A stretch of DNA of 64,000 bases from Mobula hypostoma. Taxonomy: Eukaryota. The notes under the pieces were generated by a model. The model saw only the letters and a program-made list of their open reading frames with translations, was not told the origin of the DNA and did not search any database. Below are positions 1 to 12,214 of this stretch, piece by piece. Position 1 is the first letter of the stretch. Each line of letters starts with the position of its first letter. The stretch lies in NCBI RefSeq assembly GCF_963921235.1, contig NC_086097.1, forward strand, positions 164,240,001-164,304,000. The letters are read 5' to 3'. Position numbers and translations under genes: made by a program.

Positions 1-45
1 TTGCAGCTCTATAAAACTCCGGTTAGACCACACTTGGAATATTAC
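1..45 (+). mobile_element. CR1 LINE ORF2 fragment (continues from upstream)
   Basis: Translates LQLYKTPVRPHLEY, the same RT C-terminal segment as in other CR1 copies here (e.g. ~19922-19963). Confidence 0.75.
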
Positions 46-937
46 ATTTTAAAGAAAAGGGTCCAGGACAAAGGAGATGTCTTCCTTTTTTAAAGAAAGG
101 GGCTTCCCTTCCTCCACCATTAACTCTGCTCTCAAAGGCATCTCTCCCATTTCACGCAAGTCTGCCCTCACCCCATCCTCCTGCCACCCCACTAGGGATA
201 GGGACCCCTTGTACTTACCTACCACCCCACCAGCCTCTGGGTCCAACATATAATTCTCCGTAACTTCCGCCACCTCCAAGGGGATCCCAAACTCCAAGCT
301 CATCTTTCCCTCCCCCCCACTTTCTGCTTTCCGTGGGGATCGCTCCCTACATGACTCCCTTGTCCATTCATACCCCCCCATCCCTTCCCACCAATCCACT
401 GATCTCCCTCCTGGTACTTATCCTTGTAAGCGCAACAAGTGCTACACATGCCCTTGCACTTCCTCCCTCACCACCATTCAGGGCCCCAGATTGTCCTTCC
501 AGGTGAGGTGACACTTCACCTGTGAGTCGGCCAGTGTGATATACTGCGTCCGGTGCTCCCGGTGCGGCCTTCTATATATTGGTGAGACCCGACACAGACT
601 GGGAGACCATTTCGTTGAACACCTATGCTTTGTCTGCCAGAGAAAGCAAGATCTCCCAGTGACCACACATTTTAATTCCACGTCCCATTCCCATTCTGAT
701 ATGTCCACCGATGGCCTCCTCTACTGTCAAGATGAAGCCACACTTGGGTTGGAGGAACAACACCTTATATTCCGTCTGTGTAGCCTCCTACCTGGTGGCA
801 TGACCATTGTCTTCTCTAACTTCCATTAATGCCCCACCTCCCCTTTGTACCCCATCCCTTATTTATTTATTACCCCCCCCCCCGTATCTCTCTCTTTTCT
901 CTCTCTCTGTCCCTCTCACAATCACTCCTTGCCTGCT
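46..937 (+). mobile_element. Penelope-like element fragment with GIY-YIG endonuclease
   Basis: ORF 536-829 IYCVRCSRCGLLYIGETRHRLGDHFVEHL is a PLE GIY-YIG motif; closely similar to the copy at 48055-49143. Confidence 0.85.
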
Positions 938-1110
938 GGCAGGGATGGTGGTAGAGGTGGAAATATTAAGGGCATATAAGAGACTCTTAGATAGGCACAT
1001 GAGTGAAAATAAAATGGATGGCTATGTGAGAAGGAAGGGTCAGGTTGATCTTGGAGTAGAGTAGGGCACAACATTGTGGGCTGGAGGGCCTGTGTTATGC
1101 TGTACTGTTC
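938..1110 (+). mobile_element. CR1 LINE 3' end; tail resumes at ~1763-1785 after a hAT insertion
   Basis: GMVVEVEILRAYKRLLDRHM plus ggcacaacattgtgggc..gggcctgt..tgctgtactgttc, matching the 3' UTR of the other CR1s. Confidence 0.8.
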
Positions 1111-1762
1111 CAGACATCCCACCTCTCCTGGAAGTTCCAGGAGTCTCCCGCATATTAATAGTGACTCCCTGATGCCCGCAAATTATATACAATGTCCCGG
1201 AAATAGATTTTTTTGAGAGCGAGTGTGAGAGAACGTGCAGGAAAGAGCGAGAGAGCAAGTGCAAGAGCAAGAAAGCAAGCGCGAGACAGTGAGCGCGAGT
1301 GAGAGAACGTGAGGGTGAGAGAGAGAGAGCGAGAGCAAGAAAGCAAGCGCAAGTGAAAGTGACCACGAGAGAGAGCGCACGTGCACGAGAAACCAAGTGC
1401 GAGAGAGAACAACCATGAGCGAAAGTGTTCCAAAAAAAAGAAAATATGAAATGTACGTCACCCCAGACTACACTAAAGTGTACCCCTGCCTAATAGGAGT
1501 CAAAAGTAATGACAGTGTTGCTCGCTGCACTGTTTGCAACAGTGACTTTTCTATTGCCCATGGTGGGTTAAGACTGTAAAAGATATGTTGAGGTGAGTTT
1601 AATAGGTGTCATTCATTCATTAGCATAGCTGATGTTATTTAAACTAGCTGGCTAGCTGCTAAGGAGCTACTCTATTGCAGACATCCCACCTCTCCTGGAA
1701 GTTCCGAGAGTCTCCTGCAAATTGATGGTGCTACCTCCCTGCTTTGCAGGGTGGGAAGTCTG
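1111..1762 (+). mobile_element. Non-autonomous hAT-type DNA transposon retaining a transposase 5' exon (zinc-finger remnant)
   Basis: TIRs CAGACATCCCACC / GGTGGGAAGTCTG; flanking direct repeat CTGTTC (1105-1110, 1763-1768); ATG 1415 MSESVPKKRK..ARCTVCNSDFSIAHGG(fs)DCKRYVE followed by GTGAGT donor at 1593; GA-rich tract ~1213-1410. Confidence 0.7.
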
Positions 1763-1957
1763 CTGTTCTGTCTTCTATATTCTTATACAAGAGGGGGAAA
1801 TATGTCACTATAGTCTATTTATCTGCTGAGTGACAATAATAACCAACGTACCAATTTACATTCAAGCTGGATGTCGACCAGTTCTTAGATGGGGAATCAA
1901 GGAATGCTGGTCAAGTCCAGAATGATAGCACTCAAGTTAAAGATCAGTCATGATTGT

Positions 1958-2270
1958 ATTCAAGGTGAATTTATTATCAAAATATATATATATGTCACCA
2001 TATAGCGTATACCCCTGAGATTCATTTTCTTGCGGGTGTACTCAGTAAGTCTTTAAATAGAATCATTGGAAGACAGCTCCAACTTGGACAAAAGACAACA
2101 AACAGTGCAAATACAAAATGAGAGAAAGAGTAATAATAAATGAATAAGCAAGAAATATTGAGAACATGAGATGAAGAGTCCTCGAAAGTGAGTCCATAGG
2201 TTGTGGGAACATTTCAATGAAGGGGCGATTGAAGTTATCCCCTTTGTTTCCAAGAACCTGATGGTCCATC
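1958..2270 (-). mobile_element. Rex1/Babar-type LINE 3' end
   Basis: Same 3' UTR/tail family (aataaat..ttgaa on minus strand) as 27422-28265, which carries Rex1-type RT C-terminal sequence. Confidence 0.6.
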
Positions 2271-2409
2271 AGGTTAAGTCCTGCTTTTCTTTGCTATTTT
2301 ATTATATCCAGAGGACTTCCTGTCCCCCTCCAGATACAGGACCCCTCTTCCCCAGTCTGCCACTTCTGACAGGAATTTCATTTTTGATGTAGTTTAACAA
2401 CAGTTTTTA

Positions 2410-2985
2410 TGGATTAGATAGATGGGAAGAAAGTAATTAGGGTATACATAGGGTATCTAGAGAACAAGGCTGGTGAATTAATTACAGCAAACAAAGAAAT
2501 GGCAGATATATTGATTAAGTTTTTAAGATCATAGAACAGTTCAGCAGAGAAACAGGCCTTTAGACCCACACTATACTGCCAAATTACATTTGTAACCAAG
2601 TGGCCAACTAAACTAATCCCTTCTGCCTACACAATGTCTGTACCTTTCCACTTCCTCCATATTCAAATGCCTTTCTAGGAGCATCTTGAATGACTCTATA
2701 TGTTTGTCTCCACCACCACCCCAGACAGTGCATTCCAGGAACCAAGCCGTTTCTGTATTCAAACAAAAACGTGCCCCACACATCTTTGAACTTATCCCTT
2801 TTCATCTTAAGTGCATGCTCTCTAGTATTATACATTTCAAACCTTAAACATCATGAAAAGCATTGTTAATAATTCTTCAAGGAAATAATAGGCAGGATAG
2901 ACAAAGGACAGTCAGTGGATGTTGTGTACTTGGATTTTCAGAAGGCCTTTGACAAGCAAGTTGCTAAGCAAGATAAGAACCCTGT
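2410..2985. mobile_element. Cluster of degraded CR1 fragments (+ pieces ~2410-2520 and ~2850-2985; minus-strand 3' end ~2528-2840)
   Basis: FFKEIIGRIDKGQSVDVVYLDFQKAFDK on +; YNTREHALKMKRDKFK and CR1 3' UTR on minus. Confidence 0.65.
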
Positions 2986-3348
2986 CACACAGAGATGAAC
3001 TGTGGTATATGCTTATTGCATTTGGAAGGAAAGATTTTCTGTAACAATCCTTGCGACAGCGGAGCTGAATGAGTTCGTTTGAAAGGGTGCTCCGCTGCTT
3101 ATTCAGTAAGTCATGGAGAGGATGTGCCGGATTGTCCTTAATGGATAACAGTTTATTTAGAGACCTCCTCTCCACCACTAACTCAAAAGAGTAAGGGTTG
3201 TAGCCAAGGACAGATCCAGCCTTTCTGATGAGCTTATTTAGTCTTTTTGAATCACCAGTACCAATGCTGCTCCCCCAGCATAAAGCTGCAAAGAAGAATG
3301 CACTTGCTACAACAGACTGGTGAAAGATCTCCAACGTCCTGCTGCATA
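2985..3348 (-). mobile_element. Rex1/Babar LINE RT C-terminal fragment
   Basis: EIFHQSVVASAFFFAALCWGSSI..KRLNKLIRKAGSVLG..HPLHDLL..YRKSFLPNAI. Confidence 0.75.
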
Positions 3349-3379
3349 GATACTCTTTTCTATCCTAAAAATTTTCTCT

Positions 3380-3960
3380 GCATCAACTCAGTGGAGCACT
3401 GGTGGTTTTGATGAGATCCACATGCATCCTTCTAAATGGTGCTAGTCTGTTCAATCTCTTCTCATTCAGCAAATCCAGGAACTCTGGCTTGATTTCCTCT
3501 GTGACAATGACTTTCTTTGATGCAAAACAATGGATCTTATAAATTCTTAAAAGAAAACAGATTTGCTATTAAAAAGTAAGCTAGACCAGGCGATGTGTCT
3601 TTTAGATCTCCTTCAACTTGACATGAAGTCTGATGGGTTTTTTTTCTATCTGAGAAAAACTACTTTTATGAATCTGAGTGACATATCTCGTTATGAAGCT
3701 TTCACTTTATACCCAGGAACACAGTGGGCAAGGAGGAGATGGGGTTTGATTTCTAGTCTTATAAAGGATCCAGAAAAGTTGGCACAGTTCAGAAAGAGTT
3801 AATAAGTTCAGAAATGTTTTTACTTACGTTGCCGTTTCAGATGGAAAAGTATATTCCCAAGATTCACTGTATGGAAACGCTGAATTATTACTGAAACATG
3901 CAAGAACTTGTGAAAACTCCAACAAGGCTTTTGACAGCAAACTATTGAGGAACAAGAGAT
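3380..3960 (+). mobile_element. Possible ancient L1-clade endonuclease/linker relic
   Basis: Fragments LWLDFLCDNDFL and RRWGLISSLIKDPEKLAQFRK resemble the L1 RID-F-L and WRLNxSLLKD motifs; many stops; weak. Confidence 0.3.
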
Positions 3961-4569
3961 AAAAGCCTAAACTGATATAATTGGTTTTGATTTGTTTAGA
4001 CTTACATCAACATAATTAGAAATAATTATCAGCGTTGGTTAGATAGGCTCTGTGGAAGTGAAATGAATATTCTGTTTCACAGCAACAGCACAGTTTTAGC
4101 CTCAGTTTTGCCCGAGGGCTTTTTTCCCATTCAGTTTTTGAAAGGTCTTCATGTGGAGCCATCTCAACACCTTTTGTTCTGAATAAAGTAAAACCTTGAT
4201 CACTTTCAGCAAGAGGCGAGTTGCAGTGATGGTTCAAAGCAAAAGGCACAAATGCATTCCATTTTTCAGTGTATTTTCTTGTTGTAACTATGCAAAGGGC
4301 TTTTTGCACTGCACCGTATCTTGAGGTTCAGTTTCCTGTGAGTTGTGTCAGAGCTGTCTGAGCAGAAATGTCCCAAATAAAGAATGAAGCGATTTTAGAA
4401 CAGATGTCACAGGATTGGTACTTCGTAGGGCATCCTATTTGTCCCATCTCCTGCATGTTCCTTGTATTTTCTGAGACGTGAGTTAAATTGATTTAAGATT
4501 GAACTCCAAAACATGACCGCAAGGTTGAAATTGCGACACCCTGCAGGTGCTGCACATGAGACTGCTAAA

Positions 4570-5660
4570 CAAGGTAAGAGTCCATGGTACTACAGGAAAG
4601 GTATTAGCATGGGTAGAAGATTGGCTGACTGGCATGAGGCTAAGAGTGGGAATAAAGGAGCATTTTCTGGTTGACTAGTGGTGTTCCACAGGGTTAGGTG
4701 TTGAGACCGCATCTTTAATGTTATATGTTGAAAGTTTGGATGATGGAATTGATGGCTTTGTGACCAAGTTTTCAGATGATATAAATATAGGTGGAGGGGC
4801 AGGTAGTGTTGAGGAAGCATGGAGTCTACAGAAGGAATTGGACAGATTAGGAGAATGGGCAAAAAAGTGGCAAATTGAATACAGTGTAGAGAACTGTGGT
4901 CATGCATTTTGGTAGAAGGAATAAAGGTGTAGACTACTTTCTAAATGGAAAGCAAATTCAGAAATCAGATGTGCAAAGGAACCGTGCAGGAGAGTCCTTG
5001 TGCAGGATTCCTGAAAGGTTAACTTGCAGGTTGAGTGAGTGTAAGGAAGGCAAGTACAATATTAGCATTCGTTTCAATAGGACTAGAATATGAAAGTAAA
5101 GAATAAATGCTGACTCTTTATAGGGCATTGTTCAGACAACATTTGGAGTATTGTGAACAGTTTGGGGCCCAATATCTGAGGAAGAACGTACTGATATTTG
5201 ACATGCTTCTTCCAGAGGATGAATACAAAGATGATATTGGGGATGGAAGGGTTAACGTACGTGGAACATTTGATGGAATTTAAAAGGATGAGGTGTTGGT
5301 GTGTGAAACTGGTAGAATATTGAAAGTCCTGGAGAGAATGGAGATGCAGGGTATGCTTCCAATAGTGGGAGAGTCTAGAACCAGAGAGCATACCCTCAGA
5401 ATAAAAGGCCTTTATTAAGGAGATGAGGTTGAATTGAATAATCTGTGGAATTCATTCACACAGACAGCTGTGGACGCCAAGTCCATGGGTATACTTAAAG
5501 CAGAGGTGGATAAGGTTCTCAATTAGTAAGGGAATCAAAGGTTTTGGGGAGAAGGCAGGGAAATGGGATTGAGAATGATTAAAAAAAAATCAGCCATAAT
5601 GGAATGACAGAGCAGACCTGATGGGTCGAATGGCGTAATTCTGCTCCTACGGTCTTACGG
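4570..5660 (+). mobile_element. Old 5'-truncated CR1 LINE (RT to 3' UTR)
   Basis: VTKFSDD (FADD-like), LDRLGEWAKKWQIEYSVE, MVMHFGRRNK; 3' UTR ..gaatggcgtaattctgctcctacggtctta. Confidence 0.8.
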
Positions 5661-7149
5661 TTTGCCCAATTCAGAAGAGTCTTCAGATTATCCTTATTTT
5701 TTTTGAGTAGACCTTTTAAAATATTTTCTGTATAAAAAAAATTAGACTTGCTGAGAGACCAATTAGCATTCATAACTGAAGCTCCTGCAATATATGTTTT
5801 TGTCATTTATTTCAATATTTATATCAGCAATCGGCACAGAGTTTGTAGTTCTTTCACTGCAGGCTTTAGCAGTGCCCAAGATATGCTACTAAATTGGCAT
5901 TACACTGCCCAAGACCAAGATTGGGTGCAAAAGGTCAAAGGTCTGAAGCCTGTGTAAAGCCCAGAGCATTGAAATAAAGGGTTGAAGTTGAATTTATCCA
6001 AAGTGGAATTGGGCACTTCAGACACGAGCAGGAATAAATGGGGTGTTTGGTTGTCAGAGGATCAAGCTTTACAGAGTTAGAAAATTTGTGATGTAGGCCG
6101 TCAGGGGATTAGAGCCTGAGAGATGAGATTTGGCCATTGAAAGCATTCAGAGGATTAGGCCCTAGACATCATGGTGTCTGGCAAAGCATGCAGTGGGATT
6201 GAGGCCCTGACTGTACATGAAGAGTCTAACAAGGAGGGTTCCTCTTACCAGCAGCCAATTGAAGTCTTGGTGTTTTTTTTATGAAACTTGGCCTGTGTAC
6301 AAGGGATTTCATTGGACTCTTTTCAACTCAACTTCTCGGTATTATTTTTATTTGCACAGTTTGTCTTCTTTTGCACATTGGTTGTTTGTCCACCTTTGTC
6401 TGTTTATGTATAGTTTATTGTAAAATTCTATTGTGTTTATTTTCTCTTGTACATGTCTGCAAAAAATGAATCTTAAGGCAGTATATAGTAACAAACTGTA
6501 TGCACACTTCGATAATAGATTTACTTTGAACTATGAACTGGAGTATATGATAATATGCTACACTAAGTCACATGCTGATTGGTTGCAAGAGCACTGACTT
6601 TTAATTCTGGAATTTAGCTTCTTGGCTTATACTTGAGGCCTGAAGCCAAGTTGTCCTGGTGAAAAACAAGCTCAGCATCCATGAGCGAGTGACTGAAAAG
6701 TAACATAAACAATATCTTCCATAATCTTGCTGTGCTGGATTTGTGATGTTTATTATGAAAAGGACATATCTGGGCAACATTATCCAGTCGATTCCATTTG
6801 GCTAGCGGCTCAACTTATTCTAGAGTGCCATCCTCCAGTACAACAGGAGGGATGTATTCTAGTCCCATAGGTTTTTCTATATTTTGGGCCTTCAACTACT
6901 TCCTGAAACACATGGAAGGAATCAAAATGGCTGAAGACCGGCTTCTATACTGGCAGGATTTCGGCCAGAGCTGAGATGGACCATCCAGTCAGCACTCTTG
7001 GCAGAACATGGTTATAACTGCTTCAGATTTGTCTTTACCTTGACATGCTTGACCCAAATAACGTTAAGGATTAAAAAATGGTAGAGAAGCATCCTTCCAT
7101 ATCTCACCAACCATTCATTACAATGTAATTGTTACCTGTCCAATAACTA

Positions 7150-8712
7150 TCCTTGGCGTAAGTGTCTGAGCATCAAAGGCATAACTGACTACACACGGAA
7201 AAACAGTGTTGACTGTTCCAGTCACACCTCCCTCCCTTTTGCTCATAGTTACTTTTATACATGCTTTGAGGCATGCAACACAGTGCCAGCCCCTTCCAGG
7301 TGAGCAGGCGCTGTCTGTAGCAGTAGCAGATGTGAGAAGGGGCGGAGTCAATCCCCATAAGGCAGCTGGGCAGGACGACATCCCAGGCCAAGTACTCAGG
7401 CAGTGTGCACACCAGCTCACTCTCATCTTCATGGACCTCTTCAACACTTCTTTCATCCAGGCTGCAGTCCCCACATGCTTCACAAATCAGCCACCATCAT
7501 CCCTGTCCCAAAGAACTCTACACCTTCAGAACTAAGTGACTACTGTCTGGTGGCACTGACGCCAATCACCATGAAGTGCTGATGGCACTCCATTCCTGCC
7601 ACACTGGACACTCACCAATATGCTTACCGACAGAACTGCTCTACCACAGATGCCATAGCATCTGCAGCAGCACCTGGCCCTGACACACCTAGGAATCAAG
7701 GATGCGTGTCAGAATGCTGCTCCTCAACACAGAACCCTCAAAACGGGTGCCCCCCAGAGCTGTGAGCTGAGCCCGTTGCTGCACACTCTGCTCACACATG
7801 ATTGCACAGCCAAACACCCAAGTAACCACATTGCCTAGTTTGCTGATGACACAACGGTGATGGGCTCATCACCAAAAACAATGAGACAACCTACAGAGAA
7901 GAGGTGGCAGATCTCAGGGCCTGGTGCCAGCAAATAACCTCTTCCTTCATGTCAACAATACGAAGGAGATGGTTATCGACTTCAGGATAACTCACACCAG
8001 TCACATTGGTGGGACAGCCATGGAAACTGTAGGTAGTTTCAAACTTCTGGGAGTACAGATCTCACACAACTTCTCATGGTCCCAGAACACATCCGACACA
8101 GACAGGCTCTACTTTCTGAGGAGACTGAAGACAGACAGGAGGCATTCCACAGGTGCACGGTAGAGAGCATCCTTTCAAGCTACATTACTGCTTGGTATGG
8201 AAACTACAGGAAGGCTCCAGTCAAAACTGCTGAATGCATCACTGGCAACAGCCTACCCACCATCATGAACTTACAATATATACAGAAAGGGCCAGTAACA
8301 TCATAAAAGATCCCAACCACCCTGCTCATAGACTGTTTATCCCACTCCCATCAGGGAGAAGACTACATATCACCTATGCCAGGGCCACCAGACTCAAAAA
8401 CAGTTATTTTCCCAAAGCAGTAAGGCTGATCAAAACCTAACACCACTAACCCATCTCACCTCAGCCCCAACCACCACTAATTGATCATTTCCTCTCACTC
8501 ACTTTTTGTATAGACACTCCTGTGTCTAATGTCACTTTATGAACTTAACAATCAATCTACGTATATACTCCATATTACGTATTTACTGCATATTTATTGT
8601 TTTCTGCTTATTATTGTGTTCTTCATCTTTAGTGAGCTTTTTGTGCTGAGTTACTTTGTTCTTCTTTACACTCGTGTACAGGAAATGACATTAAACAATC
8701 TTAAATCTTAAA
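7150..8712 (+). mobile_element. Degraded Rex1/Babar LINE (RT region to tail)
   Basis: VNPHKAAGQDDIPGQVLRQCAHQL, FADD at ~7839, RCTVESILSSYITAWYGN, TRLKNSYFPKAVRLI; (aatctta)n-like tail. Confidence 0.85.
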
Positions 8713-9298
8713 ATTGGTAATTAGTAGTGGGTAATTGGTTTGCTATTGTCACATGTACCGTGAAACAGTGAAGAGCTTTTATTGACGTGCCATCCAGACA
8801 GATCATTCCATACATAAGTACATCGATAGAATACAAAAGGGAAATAGAATGCAGAATAATGTGATACAGAGAAAGTGCAGGGAGACAACTAGACTGAAAG
8901 GGCCACAGTGATCTTTTGTGTATTCAAAAGCCTAACAACAGCGTGATGGCAGTTGTCCTTGCACCTGGCGCTCTGTGTTCTCAAGCTCTTATATCGATGG
9001 AGGGGTGCATGATTAAGTAACTACTTTCCCGGGCAATTGGAAATGTAGAGAGACGGTGGAGGTTGTGTGATAGGCCATGCTGTGTTCACAACTCTCTGCA
9101 ATTTCTTGCTGTCTTAGGTGGAGTAGTTACTATACCAATCTCTGGTTCATCTGGATAGGTTGTTTTTAATGAATTCCAGATTGATCTAATCCATTGATTA
9201 TGAGATCACTTAGCTCTGTGTGTTATCATGCCACTTTTGCTCTTTAGGATGCATGTAGTCTGGGGAAGAAACATCAAGTTGACATCTCATTTGCAGGG

Positions 9299-9496
9299 AC
9301 GAGAAAATCTGCAGAAGCTGGAAATCCAAGCAATACACTCTAAATGCTGGAGGAACTCAGCAGGCCAGGCAACAGCTATAGAAGAGAGTAAACAGTGGAT
9401 GTTTTGGGCTGAGACCCATCATCAGAATTGTGAACTTCACCCTTTTCCATAAATGCTGCGTGGCCTGCTGAGTTCCTCCAGCATTTTGTGTGGTAA
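9299..9496. mobile_element. PLE-terminus-derived palindromic micro-element
   Basis: Arms aatgctggaggaactcagcaggcca / tggcctgctgagttcctccagcatt are reverse complements; flanked by diverged direct repeat ctcatttgcaggg (9286-9298) / ctcatttacggg (9497-9508). Confidence 0.75.
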
Positions 9497-10269
9497 CTCA
9501 TTTACGGGTACACTTTACACAACTTCCATCATCTCTTGTTAAATTGGAGTTGATTTCTCAGTCTGATTGAAGCAGTAAGGTGAGGAATACTTCAGGCAGT
9601 GAGGTTATCAATTGTCGTGGTGTTCACATCGCCTCATGGATGTTCAGTTTTGAGCTTTCAGATGTGTTCTGAGCACTTGCTTCAAAACAAAATGGACACA
9701 TGGACATCAGTACTCTAAGATGGGTAAATTGGTACCCACAAGGTCAAGCAGGTTTATCCCTTTCAATAGTTAATCTTCTTCTAATTTTATGGCAGCTATT
9801 TCCAACAGGACTCAGTCAGCTCAGTCCATGGTTCTTGCTATTTGTCAGTTAAAGGATGAGAGTAAATGGTGATTGGGAGGAGGTTTCATATTATATCATG
9901 AGACTTCATGGAGTCTAGAGAGCTGAGAGCTGCCAGCCACACATCGTTATATCACCTCTTGTGCTGGACCAGTCTTGCTCTTAGAACAGGGTGTACCCAG
10001 CAATTGTGTAGAAGCATCATTATAATGTGACTCAGTGAATACAACTGTGTGAGTCTTGACTAATCTGCATCAAGAATTTTTACACCAATTTTTACACCAT
10101 TTCCCAGATCTTGTGTGGAAGACTTTGTAAAGTGCCTGGACTTGGTGCCTATAGGGTGGTCCCTCAGCTTCCATTAATGATGGCATTTGTAATGCCTTCT
10201 GTAAGTGGTGCTCATGATAGATGTCAAAAAATAGTCATTATTAAGATTGATCAATTGAAATGCCCAGAC

Positions 10270-10635
10270 TATGCATATATACTTAAAGGCTGGATAAAGC
10301 GGACATGGAAAGGATGTTTCAACTAGTAGGAGAGTCTTGGATCTAAGAACTTAACATCAGTATAAAGGGATGGCCCTTTAAAACCAAGATGAGAAGGAAT
10401 TTCTTCAGCCAGACGGTGATGAATCTGTGGAATTTGTAGCCACAGAGGGCTGTGAAGGTCAAGTCATTGGATGTACTTAGAGCAGAGGTTTATATAATCT
10501 TGATTGGTAAAGAGGTTTAAGGGATACAGATAGAAAGCAGGAGAATGGAGTTGAAAAATTCAACCATGATTGAATGGTGGAACAGAATTAGTGGGCTGAA
10601 TGACTTAATTCTGCTCTTATATTCTATGGTCCATA
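10270..10635 (+). mobile_element. Old CR1 3' end
   Basis: AYILKGWIKRTWKGCF-like C-terminus and CR1 3' UTR (gggctgaatgacttaattctgctcttatattctatggtc). Confidence 0.7.
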
Positions 10636-11643
10636 TTGGCCTGCTTTAGAAAGGGCAGGGAATTAACCTTCCAATTTATTGCACAGGCTGAGAGGCACAG
10701 TCACAAGCAACTCCCAACATTTACATCATTTTCCATTTCAATACAGATTTCTAGCTTTTACGCTTTTCCATTTTTATCCTAATTAACATTGTGGTAAGGT
10801 GGATGCTTCTGCCTTAATTTTTATTTTGTGCTGTGAATCAAACGAAAAAAAAAGATCTGGCAGCAAACGGTTTGACAAAACACGCTTTGTACAGAAATAC
10901 CACGCATTCTCTGAGGAGAAATAAAACTATTTCATGCTTGAAGAGTCTGTCAGCTTATGAAAAGTTCCCTTAGGACCAAACACATTGCAGTAGAGCCAAG
11001 AGCTTGACTTTGATGATGCATTGTATAGATTGAATTTAAGACCATGTTTGCATTGGCTTTGGTGATTGTAAAGCAAACACTTCACCAAATGCTGTTGCAT
11101 TAAAATCCAGTAAAATTTTAAAGTGACAGTTTGAATTCATCTAGCTCACATAATAAGTGGCTTACTGAGTACATGCAGTTGCAGGAAATTGTAAATAAAA
11201 ACAGAAAATGCTCAGAATGCTCCACCCCTCATTCTCCCTTACCTGGCTCCATCTGCCTGTCATCCTTACCCCTCCTCAATTCACCAATCACCCACTGGTC
11301 CCTGTCTCTCCAGTATCTCTCTCCTCATTACCTTCCCTCTACAGGCCTCCACCCTGATATAACCTGAAACACTAACCATTTCTTCGCCTCCAGAGATGCT
11401 ACTTGATTCACCGAGTTCCTCCAGCAGTTTCCAGCATCTGCCGTCTCTTGGGCCTCCTATTAGAAAAGAAAGTTGACACTTTTACGGTTCCATTCCATGC
11501 AAAATGTTGTTGGTGTAGAACTGGAATTATTATTACTGCAGTCTTTGTTTCTACCACTTTCTCTTCTTAAAATCGTAAAACCACATGTACTTTTTGAACA
11601 CTGTCTCTAATTATAACATTCAATTTTTTTTTGCCTGTTCCAG

Positions 11644-11731
11644 AGTTTTTATGAAGGACAGTCTGCCGCATGGGATTCTGCCAAGAAAGATGAAAACAGG
11701 ATGAAGAACAGATACGGGAATATCATAGCTT
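11644..11731 (+). CDS. PTPRM: Receptor-type tyrosine-protein phosphatase mu, internal exon (88 nt, phase 0 to 1), start of D1 domain
   Basis: ttttttttgcctgttccAG acceptor, GTGAGT donor; SFYEGQSAAWDSAKKDENRMKNRYGNIIA(Y) with the KNRY motif; WDSAKKDENRMKNRY fits PTPRM rather than PTPRK as I recall those proteins. Confidence 0.95.
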
Positions 11732-12214
11732 GTGAGTGCTGCTCCTCTCGGAAAATGATCCCAGGTCTTGATAAAGCTACATTGTATCATAAAAGCAGCA
11801 ACATAGCTGGAATGTTGTTGACTGATCTTAGTTTGTGTTATTCCTCAGAGCATAGAAGGCTTTAAACCTTTTGATTATTCATCCCTTGTCTTTTGTATTG
11901 GTGCTAACTATAAATGCCCGAGGCCATTAGCAGCCCAGTGTCTGTTATCTTCGGTAGATTTCTTGCTGCATTTGCCTTTGGCCGCACACTTGTTTTTATC
12001 CAGCTGTGAGATGCTAACTCATCAGAGTCTCAAAGCACTTTTTCTCTGTAGAAAAAAAGGGAGCAGGTTGGTCTTATCATAAGCCCAAGTTGTCAGGCAT
12101 TCAACGTAGCAAGTGGAAGTGTCAATTAAAAGAGAAAACGGCCTTTTTTAAAGAATAGCTTTATTTGTCACATATAGTGAAATATGGTGTTAGTGTCAAT
12201 GGCCAACACAGTCC

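Noticed and set aside
1040..1461. Overlapping Leu/Ser/Ala-rich minus-strand ORFs
   Set aside because: Artefact of the GA-rich low-complexity tract in the hAT element
3841..3962. Open frame after gccgtttcAG (DGKVYSQDSLYGNAELL..)
   Set aside because: Weak pyrimidine tract, no resemblance to PTPRM juxtamembrane exons, overlaps a probable old L1 relic
6700..7100. Possible further ancient L1 remnant (GGMYSSPIGFSIFWAF)
   Set aside because: Similarity too weak to support without a profile search
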